The notes under the pieces are model-generated. The model did not search any database, was not told the DNA's origin, and saw nothing but the letters and a program-made list of their open reading frames with translations. Made by a program: the position numbers and the translations under genes. A stretch of 64,000 bases of DNA from an uncultured Victivallales bacterium (GTDB lineage: Bacteria; Verrucomicrobiota; Lentisphaeria; Victivallales; UBA1829): contig CAKUJH010000011.1 in NCBI GenBank assembly GCA_934661375.1, forward strand, positions 24,795-88,794, written 5' to 3'. Positions 29,063 to 37,730 of this stretch are shown here, one piece after another. The number at the start of each line of letters is the position of its first letter. Positions within the stretch are counted from its first letter, which is position 1.

Positions 29063-30115
29063 ATGAAAACTGTTTTTCTGGGATTCATCCTGTCGGTTTT
29101 CTGTTTCATTCAGATAGAGGCAAAAGAAATGAAAGCATTGAACAGCAAAGAACAGAACATTGTCGTCATTGCCGCAGATACGGCACGCGGCGATATGGAT
29201 GGACTGAAAGCCGCCCTGAACAAAGGTCTGGACGAAGGACTTTCCGTCAATGAAATCAAAGAGATCCTGATCCAGCTGTACGCCTATTGCGGATTCCCGC
29301 GCAGTCTGAACGCCCTCGGCAATTTCATGACTGTGGTGCAGGAACGGGCGGCGAAAGGGATCAAGGATATTCCGGGAAAACTGCCGGGCCCGGCACCCGC
29401 CGGAAAGAGCATTGAGTTCGGAACTGCCAATCAGACCAAACTCTGCGGACGTCCGGTCAAAGGCGCATTGTTCGATTTCGCTCCGGCGATTGATGAATAT
29501 CTGAAAGCGCATCTGTTCGGAGATATTTTCCGTCGTGACAATCTGGACTGGAAGACCCGTGAAATCGCCACCATCGCCGCATTGTCGGTTCTGCCGGGAG
29601 CGGACAGCCAGCTCCAAGCCCACATCGGCATTGGCAAAAACAACGGCGTAACCGATGAACAGGTTGCGGAAATTCTTGCGCTGACAACCGGAAATGAATA
29701 TGGTGTGCCGCGGATCAGTGATTTCCCGGTCGGACAGGAAAACACCGCATATGCCAAGTATTTCAGCGGCAAGTCCTATCTGGCGCGTCTGACCAAAGAT
29801 GACCGTCTGAACGTGCCGGTGGCGAATGTAACGTTTGAGCCGGGCTGCCGCAACAACTGGCACAGTCACACGGGCGGACAGCTGCTGATTGCAGTCGGCG
29901 GCGTCGGGTATTATCAGGAACGCGGCAAGGCGGCGCGCAAGCTGCTGCCGGGCGACGTGGTGGAAATCCCGCCGAATACGGATCACTGGCACGGCGCGGC
30001 GCCGGACAAATGGTTCTCGCATCTGGCGATTGAATGCAATCCGCAGACCAATAAAAACACCTGGCTGGAACCGGTGAGCGACGCCGATTACCAGGCGGCA
30101 ACCCAGGGAAAATAA
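29063..30115 (+). CDS. Secreted carboxymuconolactone decarboxylase (AhpD-like) family protein with C-terminal cupin domain
   Basis: Signal peptide. CMD motif EILIQLYAYCGFPRSLNA. C-terminal cupin with HSHTGGQ...HWHGA. Confidence 0.75.
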   Translation: MKTVFLGFILSVFCFIQIEAKEMKALNSKEQNIVVIAADTARGDMDGLKAALNKGLDEGLSVNEIKEILIQLYAYCGFPRSLNALGNFMTVVQERAAKGIKDIPGKLPGPAPAGKSIEFGTANQTKLCGRPVKGALFDFAPAIDEYLKAHLFGDIFRRDNLDWKTREIATIAALSVLPGADSQLQAHIGIGKNNGVTDEQVAEILALTTGNEYGVPRISDFPVGQENTAYAKYFSGKSYLARLTKDDRLNVPVANVTFEPGCRNNWHSHTGGQLLIAVGGVGYYQERGKAARKLLPGDVVEIPPNTDHWHGAAPDKWFSHLAIECNPQTNKNTWLEPVSDADYQAATQGK

Positions 30116-30119
30116 AATC

Positions 30120-30779
30120 ATGAACCGTCGGGAATTCATCAAATCTTCACTGATCGTTTCCGTCGTGGCGGGAACCGCTGCTGTCGGCGGTTCTCTCCTG
30201 AACGCATTTGCCGCTGAACCTGTGCCGCAGAAAAGGAGAAATGGAAAAATGAAAATTCTGGTGCTTACGGGCAGTCCCCGTAAAAACGGCAATTCCAGTA
30301 CCCTCGCTTCGGAGTTCATCCGCGGCGCGGAGGAAGCCGGACATGAAGTCGTGCGTTTCGACGCTGCGTTCAAAAAAGTGCATCCGTGCATTGCCTGCAA
30401 CCAGTGCGGCATGAACGGTCCGTGTGTATTCAAAGATGACTTTGAATTCGTCCGCAAACACATTGTCGATGCGGACTGCGTGGTGTTTGCGACTCCGATG
30501 TACTATTTTGGAATCTCCGCCCAGCTCAAAGCGGTGATAGACCGTTTTTACGCAATCAACGGCGAGATACACCGTCCGAAGAAAGCCGTGCTGCTGATGA
30601 CGTATGCCAATACCGCGGTTTCGGAAGCGGACCCGATCCGTTCGCATTATGATGTTCTGCTGAAATATCTCGGCTGGAGCGATGCCGGACGGGTGATTGC
30701 GCGGGGTGTCTGGCCGGTCGGCGCAGTCAACCGAACAAAATATCCGGCGCAGGCGTACCAGCTCGGAAAAAATATCTGA
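30120..30779 (+). CDS. Tat-signal flavodoxin-like fold NAD(P)H-dependent FMN reductase / iron-sulfur flavoprotein
   Basis: Twin-arginine motif (MNRREFIKSSLIV...AFA). MKILVLTGSPRKNGNSS and CIACNQCGMNGPC. Confidence 0.75.
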   Translation: MNRREFIKSSLIVSVVAGTAAVGGSLLNAFAAEPVPQKRRNGKMKILVLTGSPRKNGNSSTLASEFIRGAEEAGHEVVRFDAAFKKVHPCIACNQCGMNGPCVFKDDFEFVRKHIVDADCVVFATPMYYFGISAQLKAVIDRFYAINGEIHRPKKAVLLMTYANTAVSEADPIRSHYDVLLKYLGWSDAGRVIARGVWPVGAVNRTKYPAQAYQLGKNI

Positions 30780-30811
30780 AAACATTTTCCGGAGATTTTT
30801 TTCAAGTCGGC

Positions 30812-30841
30812 TTGACTTACAGTAACTTGAATGTGTATATT
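30812..30841 (+). promoter_or_regulatory. Sigma70-like promoter (TTGACT, 18 nt, TATATT) upstream of the DXS-like gene
   Basis: Near-consensus hexamers with 18-nt spacing; coordinates approximate. Confidence 0.45.
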
Positions 30842-30881
30842 GCCTGAATGAAACAGAAAACACAGTGAAAGGAAAGAAAAT

Positions 30882-32627
30882 ATGAACGTGATGGATATAA
30901 AAGGTCCGGAGGATCTGAAAAAGATGGATCGTTCCGAATTTCCGGCACTGGCGCAGGAAATGCGCCGGATGCTGATTGAAAAACTGCACGCGCACGGCGG
31001 ACATGCCGGACCGAACTTCGGTTTTGTGGAGGCAACCATTGCGCTGCATACGGTGTTCAATTCTCCGGTGGATAAATTTGTGTTTGATGTTTCGCATCAG
31101 ACATATCCGCACAAAATGCTGACCGGACGCATGGAAGCGTTTGCCGATCCTGCACATTATGATGATGTTTCCGGATATTCCGAACCCGGTGAATCGCCGC
31201 ACGACCATTTCATTATCGGGCATACTTCGACCAGTATTTCGCTGGCGGCGGGTCTTGCCAAGGCACGGGATCTGCGCAACGAAAAATTCAATGTGATTGC
31301 GGTCATCGGCGACGGCTCGCTGTCCGGCGGGGAAGCGTTTGAAGGTCTGGACAATGTGGCGGAACAGGGAACGAACATGATTATCGTGTTCAATGACAAC
31401 CAGATGTCGATAGCGGAAAACCACGGCGGACTGTACCGGAGTCTGGCGGAACTCCGCCGCACCAACGGAACTTCCCCCTGCAATTATTTCAAGGCGCTCG
31501 GTCTGGATTACCGTTACGTGGCGGAAGGAAACAACGTGGAAAAACTGATTGCCGCGTTTGAGGAAGTCAAGGACATTGACCACCCGGTGGTGGTGCATGT
31601 CAACACCATCAAAGGTTTCGGCTATGCTCCGGCGGTTGCGGACAAGGAAGCGTGGCACTGGACTACGCCCGGATTTGACATTGCGACGGGAAAACGCGAG
31701 GGCGGTGAATGGCTCGGAACCAGAGTGGCGGATCATCTGCTGAAAAAAATGAAGGAAATGCCGGAACTGGTGGTCATCAACGCCGCTGTGCCGTCGATGT
31801 GCGGATTTGACAGAACCCGCCGCGCGCTGGCGGGGAAACAGTTTGTGGACGTCGGCATCTGTGAACCTCATGCCTGCGCGTTTGCCTCCGGCATAGCCAA
31901 AGGCGGCGGACGCCCGGTCTGGAGTGTGATTTCCACATTCATTCAGCGCACATACGATCAGTTGAGTCAGGATCTCTGCATCAACAGCAATCCCGCCGTG
32001 ATTCTGGTTACGACCGGGTCGCTGCTGGGAATGAATGATGTAACGCATCTGGGCTGGTTCGACATTCCGCTGCTGTCCAATATTCCGAACCTGACGTATC
32101 TCTGCCCGACCAGCGAAAAGGAATATTTTGCCATGATGGACTGGGCAATCGCGCAGACCCGTCAGCCGGTGGCGATCCGTCAGCCGGAAAACGGAGTGGC
32201 GGAAAATGAAGTTGCCATTCTGAAGGATTATACCGGCTGCGGCTATGAAATCACCCGTGCCGGCAAAGATGTGGCGGTATTGGGACTTGGCAATTTCCAC
32301 AAGCTCGGCTCCGAACTGCTGGATGCCCTGGCGGCAAAAGGAATCCGCGGAACGCTGGTCAATCCGCGCGGGGCAACGGTTCTGGATGCGGACGTGCTGG
32401 AAAACCTGAAAAAAGAACACCGGCTGACAGTTACGCTGGAAGACGGCGTGATTGACGGCGGATTCGGTGAAAAAATTGCGCGTTATTACGGGACATCCGG
32501 CATGAAGGTTCTGGTCAAAGGTGCGCCGAAACAGTTTGCGGACCGTTATGACTATGACCGCTTCCTGCGTGACTGCGGTTTGACTGTCGGGCAGATGGCG
32601 GATGAAATTGCCGCTGTTCTGGGGTGA
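30882..32627 (+). CDS. dxs: 1-deoxy-D-xylulose-5-phosphate synthase-like (DXS/transketolase family) protein, divergent paralog
   Basis: N-terminus aligns to DXS (GGHAGPNFGFVEATIALHTVFNSPVDKFVFDVSHQTYPHKMLTGR versus the canonical [41 protein letters not shown]). TPP-binding GDGSLSGGEAFEGLDN. 581 aa, shorter than typical DXS. Confidence 0.7.
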   Translation: MNVMDIKGPEDLKKMDRSEFPALAQEMRRMLIEKLHAHGGHAGPNFGFVEATIALHTVFNSPVDKFVFDVSHQTYPHKMLTGRMEAFADPAHYDDVSGYSEPGESPHDHFIIGHTSTSISLAAGLAKARDLRNEKFNVIAVIGDGSLSGGEAFEGLDNVAEQGTNMIIVFNDNQMSIAENHGGLYRSLAELRRTNGTSPCNYFKALGLDYRYVAEGNNVEKLIAAFEEVKDIDHPVVVHVNTIKGFGYAPAVADKEAWHWTTPGFDIATGKREGGEWLGTRVADHLLKKMKEMPELVVINAAVPSMCGFDRTRRALAGKQFVDVGICEPHACAFASGIAKGGGRPVWSVISTFIQRTYDQLSQDLCINSNPAVILVTTGSLLGMNDVTHLGWFDIPLLSNIPNLTYLCPTSEKEYFAMMDWAIAQTRQPVAIRQPENGVAENEVAILKDYTGCGYEITRAGKDVAVLGLGNFHKLGSELLDALAAKGIRGTLVNPRGATVLDADVLENLKKEHRLTVTLEDGVIDGGFGEKIARYYGTSGMKVLVKGAPKQFADRYDYDRFLRDCGLTVGQMADEIAAVLG

Positions 32628-32746
32628 GTTTCCGGCTGAACGTATCTTTTTTTGGAAAAAATACATTTTTTTCTGAAAAAAGAATTGGCATCACGCAACA
32701 GCAAGGAGTAAATTGCAGTCTGTAAAATAAACGACAGAGGGAAGTC

Positions 32747-34075
32747 ATGAAAAAAGGCAGAATATTCGGCTGGAAAACGGGGCGCATTGCCGCCGCGGCG
32801 GTTTTTCTGCTGCTGTATGGTCTGGCGTTTTCCGGGATGTGCGCTGCCGCGGCACCGCTGCTTCATGCACAGTTCGGACCCGCATTGATGCGTTGTCTTG
32901 CGGCGTTTTCCCTGGGGGCGCTGGGGACGGTTCTGGGGATAGTGCTGTTCACTGTTCTGTTCGGACGTTTTTACTGCTCGGTATTCTGTCCATTCGGCAT
33001 ACTGCAGGATGTGATCATCTTTCTGTCGCGGCGGAAAGCGGTGTCTGTGCCGAATCTGCCGGGACTGCGTTATGCGGTTGCGGGCGTGATGCTCGGACTG
33101 CTTTTCTGCGGCTGGAGTGCCGGATTCCTCCTGCTGGATCCGTATACGAATGCAGGCCGCATTACCGGTGCGTTTGCTGCCGGCGGCTTTGTTCCGCTGC
33201 TGGTGATTGCCGCGCTGGCGGTCTGGAAAAAACGGATTTTCTGTACGGCGGTTTGTCCGGTCGGAACTCTGCTGGGGTTGTCTGCCCGGTTCGGCGTGTT
33301 CCGTCTGGCGATCAAGGGACGCTGCGTGAAATGCGGCAAATGTGCCCGGAGCTGTCCGGCAGGCTGTATTGATCCCGCTTCGGGACGGATTGACAACGAA
33401 CGCTGTATCCGCTGCATGAACTGCATCGCGGCATGTCCGTTGGACAGTATCGGATTTGTGCTGCCGGAACACAAGGAAATTCCGGTCAATGAATCCCGGC
33501 GTGCTTTTCTGATAAACGGAGGACTTCTGCTGGCTGGAGCCGCCGCCGGTGCGGCATTGGCGAAAGCGGGTCTCGGCAAGCTGGAAGAATTTGCCCGGAA
33601 TTGGAAAATCCTGCCGCCGGGTGCCGGGAATGCGGAACGTTTTGTTTCCAGATGCACGGGCTGCCAGCTCTGCACGCAGAATTGTCCGGCGAAAATCATT
33701 GTTCCCGCAAAGGGCGGCGGTCCGGTCTCGCTGGATCTGAGCCGCGGACATTGTCATTTCGACTGCAACAGATGCTCGCAGGTGTGTCCGACCGGTGCGA
33801 TCCGTCCGCTGACTTTGGCGGCGAAACAGAAAACCAAAATAGCGGAAGCGCATTTCAATCCGCAGAAGTGCATAGTGTTTCAGAACGACGAAAAATGCGG
33901 ACGCTGTGCGGCGGTCTGTCCGGTTCATGCGGTGCTGCTGCGGAAAAACGGTACACCGCGTCCGGTGAAAACGGATCTCTGCATCGGCTGCGGCGCGTGC
34001 ATGGAAATCTGTCCTGCGCCGGAAAAAGCGATGACCGTTCATGCCATCGAAAAACAGATTCATACGGAGGCGTAA
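32747..34075 (+). CDS. Membrane-bound polyferredoxin (multiple 4Fe-4S clusters; NapH/MauN-like)
   Basis: Several TM helices. Repeated CxxCxxCxxxCP motifs (CVKCGKCARSCP, CIRCMNCIAACP, CTGCQLCTQNCP, CNRCSQVCP, CGRCAAVCP, CIGCGACMEICP). Confidence 0.75.
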   Translation: MKKGRIFGWKTGRIAAAAVFLLLYGLAFSGMCAAAAPLLHAQFGPALMRCLAAFSLGALGTVLGIVLFTVLFGRFYCSVFCPFGILQDVIIFLSRRKAVSVPNLPGLRYAVAGVMLGLLFCGWSAGFLLLDPYTNAGRITGAFAAGGFVPLLVIAALAVWKKRIFCTAVCPVGTLLGLSARFGVFRLAIKGRCVKCGKCARSCPAGCIDPASGRIDNERCIRCMNCIAACPLDSIGFVLPEHKEIPVNESRRAFLINGGLLLAGAAAGAALAKAGLGKLEEFARNWKILPPGAGNAERFVSRCTGCQLCTQNCPAKIIVPAKGGGPVSLDLSRGHCHFDCNRCSQVCPTGAIRPLTLAAKQKTKIAEAHFNPQKCIVFQNDEKCGRCAAVCPVHAVLLRKNGTPRPVKTDLCIGCGACMEICPAPEKAMTVHAIEKQIHTEA

Positions 34076-34081
34076 GCGAAG

Positions 34082-34765
34082 ATGGAGCAGTATAAGGATC
34101 TGGGCTTTGCCAAACTGGATATGACCCGCCGCAGCCGGACCGGTCTGGAGGAGACGGTTTACGGACCGGGCAAAACCTGTGAACAGCTGAAAGCGATACT
34201 GGAAGCGTTCCGGCAGGAAAATACCCCGGTGCTGACCACGAAATGTTCGCCGGAACAGGCGGAATATGTATGCGGCGGTGAGCTGCCGCTGGAATACGAC
34301 CCGGTGTCGCGGACTCTGATTTCGCTGTGGGGTCCGGCACGGAAACTCCATGGCAGAGTGGCGATCTGCACCGGCGGAACCGCGGACATCCCTGTTGCGG
34401 AGGAAGCGGCGCGCACGGCATTGTTTTTCGGTGCGGAAGTCGGACGTTATTATGATGTCGGAGTGGCGGGTCTGCACCGGCTGATGGCGAAGATCGAGGA
34501 AATCCGTCAGGCGGATGTGGTGATTGCCGCTGCCGGAATGGAAGGTGCGCTGGGCAGTGTGCTGGCGGGTCTGGTGGAAGCTCCGCTGATAGCCGTGCCG
34601 ACATCTGTCGGGTACGGAGCCAGTTTCGGCGGAATCGCGCCGCTGCTTGCCATGCTCAATTCCTGTGCGGAAGGCATGAGTGTGGTGAACATAGACAACG
34701 GATTCGGCGCCGGAGTGTTTGCCTGCCGCATGATCCGCATAATGGAAAGGAAAAGCGGGAAATGA
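34082..34765 (+). CDS. larB: LarB, nickel-pincer nucleotide cofactor biosynthesis carboxylase/hydrolase (PurE-like)
   Basis: N-terminal YKDLGFAKLDMTRRSRTGLEE and the PurE-like core VAICTGGTADIPVAEEA...AGMEGALGSVLAGL...VPTSVGYG. Confidence 0.8.
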   Translation: MEQYKDLGFAKLDMTRRSRTGLEETVYGPGKTCEQLKAILEAFRQENTPVLTTKCSPEQAEYVCGGELPLEYDPVSRTLISLWGPARKLHGRVAICTGGTADIPVAEEAARTALFFGAEVGRYYDVGVAGLHRLMAKIEEIRQADVVIAAAGMEGALGSVLAGLVEAPLIAVPTSVGYGASFGGIAPLLAMLNSCAEGMSVVNIDNGFGAGVFACRMIRIMERKSGK

Positions 34766-35958
34766 ACGGGAATATGCTGTATCTGGAAGGAGCGTCCGGG
34801 ATTTCCGGCGATATGACCGTGGCGGCTCTGCTGGATCTGGGCGGCAGCCGGGAAAAACTGGATGCCGTGCTGAAAAGCATGAACCTTGCCGGTTTTGATT
34901 ATGAGATTTCGCGCGGCAACTCGTACGGTATTGCCGGATGCTGTTTCAATGTGAACTTGCATGAAGAACATCATCATACCGTGCACGGACATACCCACGA
35001 ACACCGCAATCTGGCGGCGGTGTACGCAGTGATCGACCGCGGCGAAATGTCTGTACGGGCGCGGGCGCTGGCGAAGAAAATTTTCCGCGCCGTTGCCGAA
35101 GCGGAAGCACAAGCCCATGGCGTTCCTCTGGAACAGGTGCATTTTCATGAAGTCGGGGCGGTCGATTCCATTGTGGATATTGTGGCTGCCGCCGTGCTGG
35201 CGGATGATCTGAACATTACAGAATGTGTGGTCAGCGGTTTGACGGAAGGACAGGGAACGGTGCATTGTCAGCACGGAGATTTGCCCGTGCCGGTTCCGGC
35301 AGTGCTGAATATCGCACAGAAATATGGTATAGCCCTGCGTCCGTCGCCGGTCAGCGGGGAAATGGTAACGCCGACCGGCATAGCCATTGCCGCCGCACTC
35401 CGGACACGCCGGAGTCTGCCGTCCAGCTGCCGGATCGTGAAAACCGGAATCGGGATCGGCAAACGGGATTTCGGTCATGCGAACATTCTCCGGGTCATGC
35501 TGATTGAGGAAGAAACGGTTCCGGAGCAGGTTTATGTTCTGGAAACCAATATTGACGACGCCGCCGGTGAAACTCTGGGGCTTGCCATGGACAGACTGAT
35601 GGCGGCGGGAGCGTCCGATGTTCATTTTATTCCGTGTTTCATGAAGAAGAACCGTCCGGCTTATATCCTGCGGGTCATCGCCGCGGCGTCGGATATTCCT
35701 GCGCTGGAACGGATCATCTTTGAATCGACCACCACGATCGGAATACGGAAACTGCCAGTCGACCGCACCTGCATGGAACGGGAGACCCTGGAAGTTGCAT
35801 TGCCGTACGGCACGGTGTCGGTGAAACGCTGCACGTGGAACGGATTGACCCGGAACTATCCGGAATATGAAAGCGTGAAGGCTTTGGCGGAAAGCACCGG
35901 CAAAGATTTTCAGCTGGTTTTTGCCGCGGCGAAATTGGCGGCGGAGGAACTGAAATGA
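34762..35958 (+). CDS. larC: LarC, nickel insertion (DUF111) protein
   Basis: MLYLEGASGISGDMTVAALLDLG N-terminus, a His-rich EEHHHTVHGHTHEHR segment, and the DUF111 C-terminal domain. Confidence 0.8.
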   Translation: MNGNMLYLEGASGISGDMTVAALLDLGGSREKLDAVLKSMNLAGFDYEISRGNSYGIAGCCFNVNLHEEHHHTVHGHTHEHRNLAAVYAVIDRGEMSVRARALAKKIFRAVAEAEAQAHGVPLEQVHFHEVGAVDSIVDIVAAAVLADDLNITECVVSGLTEGQGTVHCQHGDLPVPVPAVLNIAQKYGIALRPSPVSGEMVTPTGIAIAAALRTRRSLPSSCRIVKTGIGIGKRDFGHANILRVMLIEEETVPEQVYVLETNIDDAAGETLGLAMDRLMAAGASDVHFIPCFMKKNRPAYILRVIAAASDIPALERIIFESTTTIGIRKLPVDRTCMERETLEVALPYGTVSVKRCTWNGLTRNYPEYESVKALAESTGKDFQLVFAAAKLAAEELK

Positions 35959-36785
35959 ACCGTCTGCCGGAAATTCAGCAATATCTGCGGACATTGGCTC
36001 CGGATGGAATTGCGCTGGCATTTTCCGGCGGGGTGGACAGTTCTTTTCTGCTTGCATTGCTGAAAGAGTTGCATCAGGAAAATCCTTTTCCGCTTTTTGC
36101 CCTTACTATGCAAACGGTGTTTCAGTCAGACGAGGAAATTCGCGAAACGCGGGAATTGTCCCGTGAATCCGGCGTTCCGCTGAAACTGTTTTCTTGCGAT
36201 CCGCTGTCGCTTCCGGAAATCCGGAACAATCCGCCGGACCGCTGCTACTGGTGCAAACGATTCATCTTCAAGCAGTTCTTCGCCTTCTGCCGGGAACACA
36301 ACATCCGGAATCTGCTGGACGGAACCAATGCCGATGATCTGCATGTGTACCGTCCCGGACGGCGGGCGCTGGCGGAACTGGGGGTGATTTCTCCGCTGGC
36401 GGAATTCGGTTTCACCAAGGCGGAGATCCGCAAATGTGCTGCGGAACGCGGCCTGCACTGTCATGCCAAACCTTCGATGCCGTGTCTGGCGACCCGTTTT
36501 GAGTATGGGGTCCGCCTGACCCCGGAACGGATCGCACAGGCGGGGAAGGGCGAGGCTCTGCTCCGGAAATATGTGCCGGAAACAGCGGACGTGCGCTTGC
36601 GGGTTCATGGAAAAATGGCACGGATCGAGGTTTCGACGGAAGCATTGGCAGGGGTTCTGGAAAAACGGAAACAGATTGCCGCGGAACTGCATCTGCTCGG
36701 ATTTGAATTCGTTACGCTGGATCTGGAAGGATACCGGTCCGGCTGTTTTGATCAAGGAAAAACATTTACCGAAACGGAGGTTTGA
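35955..36785 (+). CDS. larE: LarE, ATP-dependent sulfur transferase (PP-loop ATPase)
   Basis: PP-loop LAFSGGVDSSFLLAL and the conserved Cys-containing segment CYWCKRFIF. Confidence 0.8.
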   Translation: MNRLPEIQQYLRTLAPDGIALAFSGGVDSSFLLALLKELHQENPFPLFALTMQTVFQSDEEIRETRELSRESGVPLKLFSCDPLSLPEIRNNPPDRCYWCKRFIFKQFFAFCREHNIRNLLDGTNADDLHVYRPGRRALAELGVISPLAEFGFTKAEIRKCAAERGLHCHAKPSMPCLATRFEYGVRLTPERIAQAGKGEALLRKYVPETADVRLRVHGKMARIEVSTEALAGVLEKRKQIAAELHLLGFEFVTLDLEGYRSGCFDQGKTFTETEV

Positions 36786-36786
36786 C

Positions 36787-37002
36787 ATGTCCATTGGTTT
36801 TACGGAAATCATTCTGATTGTGCTGTTTGTGCTGATCGTATTCGGGGCGAAACGCATTCCGGAGCTGGCGCGTGCTTTGGGACGTGCCTCGTATGAGTTC
36901 AAGAAAGCGAAGAATGCGCTGGAAACCGAAGGGCGCGAATTGACGGAAGCCGCAGAAAAAGCGGCGGAAAATGAGGATAAAAAAGAAGAAAAGAAATCCT
37001 GA
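36787..37002 (+). CDS. tatA: Twin-arginine translocase TatA/E
   Basis: MSIGFTEIILIVLFVLIVFGAKRIPELARALGRASYEFKKA. The start coordinate is derived from the stop by protein length. Confidence 0.85.
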   Translation: MSIGFTEIILIVLFVLIVFGAKRIPELARALGRASYEFKKAKNALETEGRELTEAAEKAAENEDKKEEKKS

Positions 37003-37730
37003 TGCCGGAAGAAAACGAAAACTCGCTGGTCTCTCATCTGGAGGCTTTGCGTCGGATGCTGCTGCGGATTGTCATTGTCACAGCTCTGCTGTATCCGGCA
37101 GGCTATGTGCTGGCGCCGTACGCCATTGACGCACTGGTCTGCTGGTGCTGTCCGCCGGAAATCGGCAGACTGCATTATTTTGCGCCGATGGAAGTGTTCT
37201 TTGTGCAGCTGAAACTGGCATTGGTTTTCGCTCTGGCGCTGGCATATCCGTGGAACATGGCGCAAATCTGGGATTTTCTGCGTCCGGCGCTGTATCCGAA
37301 GGAACGCAAGGCGCTGGGGTGGTGGATAGCCGCATCTTCTGTGCTGTTTTTCGGCGGCATGGCATTCTGTGTGGGATTGATTCTGCCGATGCTGATGTCC
37401 TTTTCGGGAGGTTTTGCTTCGGCGGAATTGCAGCCGATGCTGGGATTGGCGAATTTCCTGAATCTGGCGGGCTGGCTGATGCTGGCATTCGGAGTGATGT
37501 TCCAGGCGCCGGTCGTGGTTCTGCTGCTGGTGCGGTTCGGGGTGATTTCTGCGGAATCTCTCCGGAAGAAACGTCCGTACGTCATGACGGTCATTCTGAT
37601 CGTCGCCGCCATTCTGACGCCGCCGGACATCGTGAGCCAGATCATGCTGGCGGTTCCCACCTGGCTGCTGTTTGAAGCCGGTCTTTTCCTTGCAAAACGA
37701 ATGGAGGATAAACAAAATGAACAGACGTGA
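37002..37730 (+). CDS. tatC: Twin-arginine translocase TatC
   Basis: Six-TM protein with the SHLEALRRMLLR N-terminal TatC motif. Confidence 0.9.
   Translation: MPEENENSLVSHLEALRRMLLRIVIVTALLYPAGYVLAPYAIDALVCWCCPPEIGRLHYFAPMEVFFVQLKLALVFALALAYPWNMAQIWDFLRPALYPKERKALGWWIAASSVLFFGGMAFCVGLILPMLMSFSGGFASAELQPMLGLANFLNLAGWLMLAFGVMFQAPVVVLLLVRFGVISAESLRKKRPYVMTVILIVAAILTPPDIVSQIMLAVPTWLLFEAGLFLAKRMEDKQNEQT

Noticed and set aside
30147-32666. 839-aa ORF on the minus strand spanning the flavoprotein and DXS-like genes
   Set aside because: It is antisense to two well-supported coding regions, has Arg/Gly/His-rich biased composition and no recognisable domains. This is a typical high-GC shadow ORF.
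32552-34477. 641-aa minus-strand ORF overlapping the polyferredoxin and larB
   Set aside because: Antisense to genes with strong homology. The product is Arg/Gln/Pro-rich low-complexity. Spurious.
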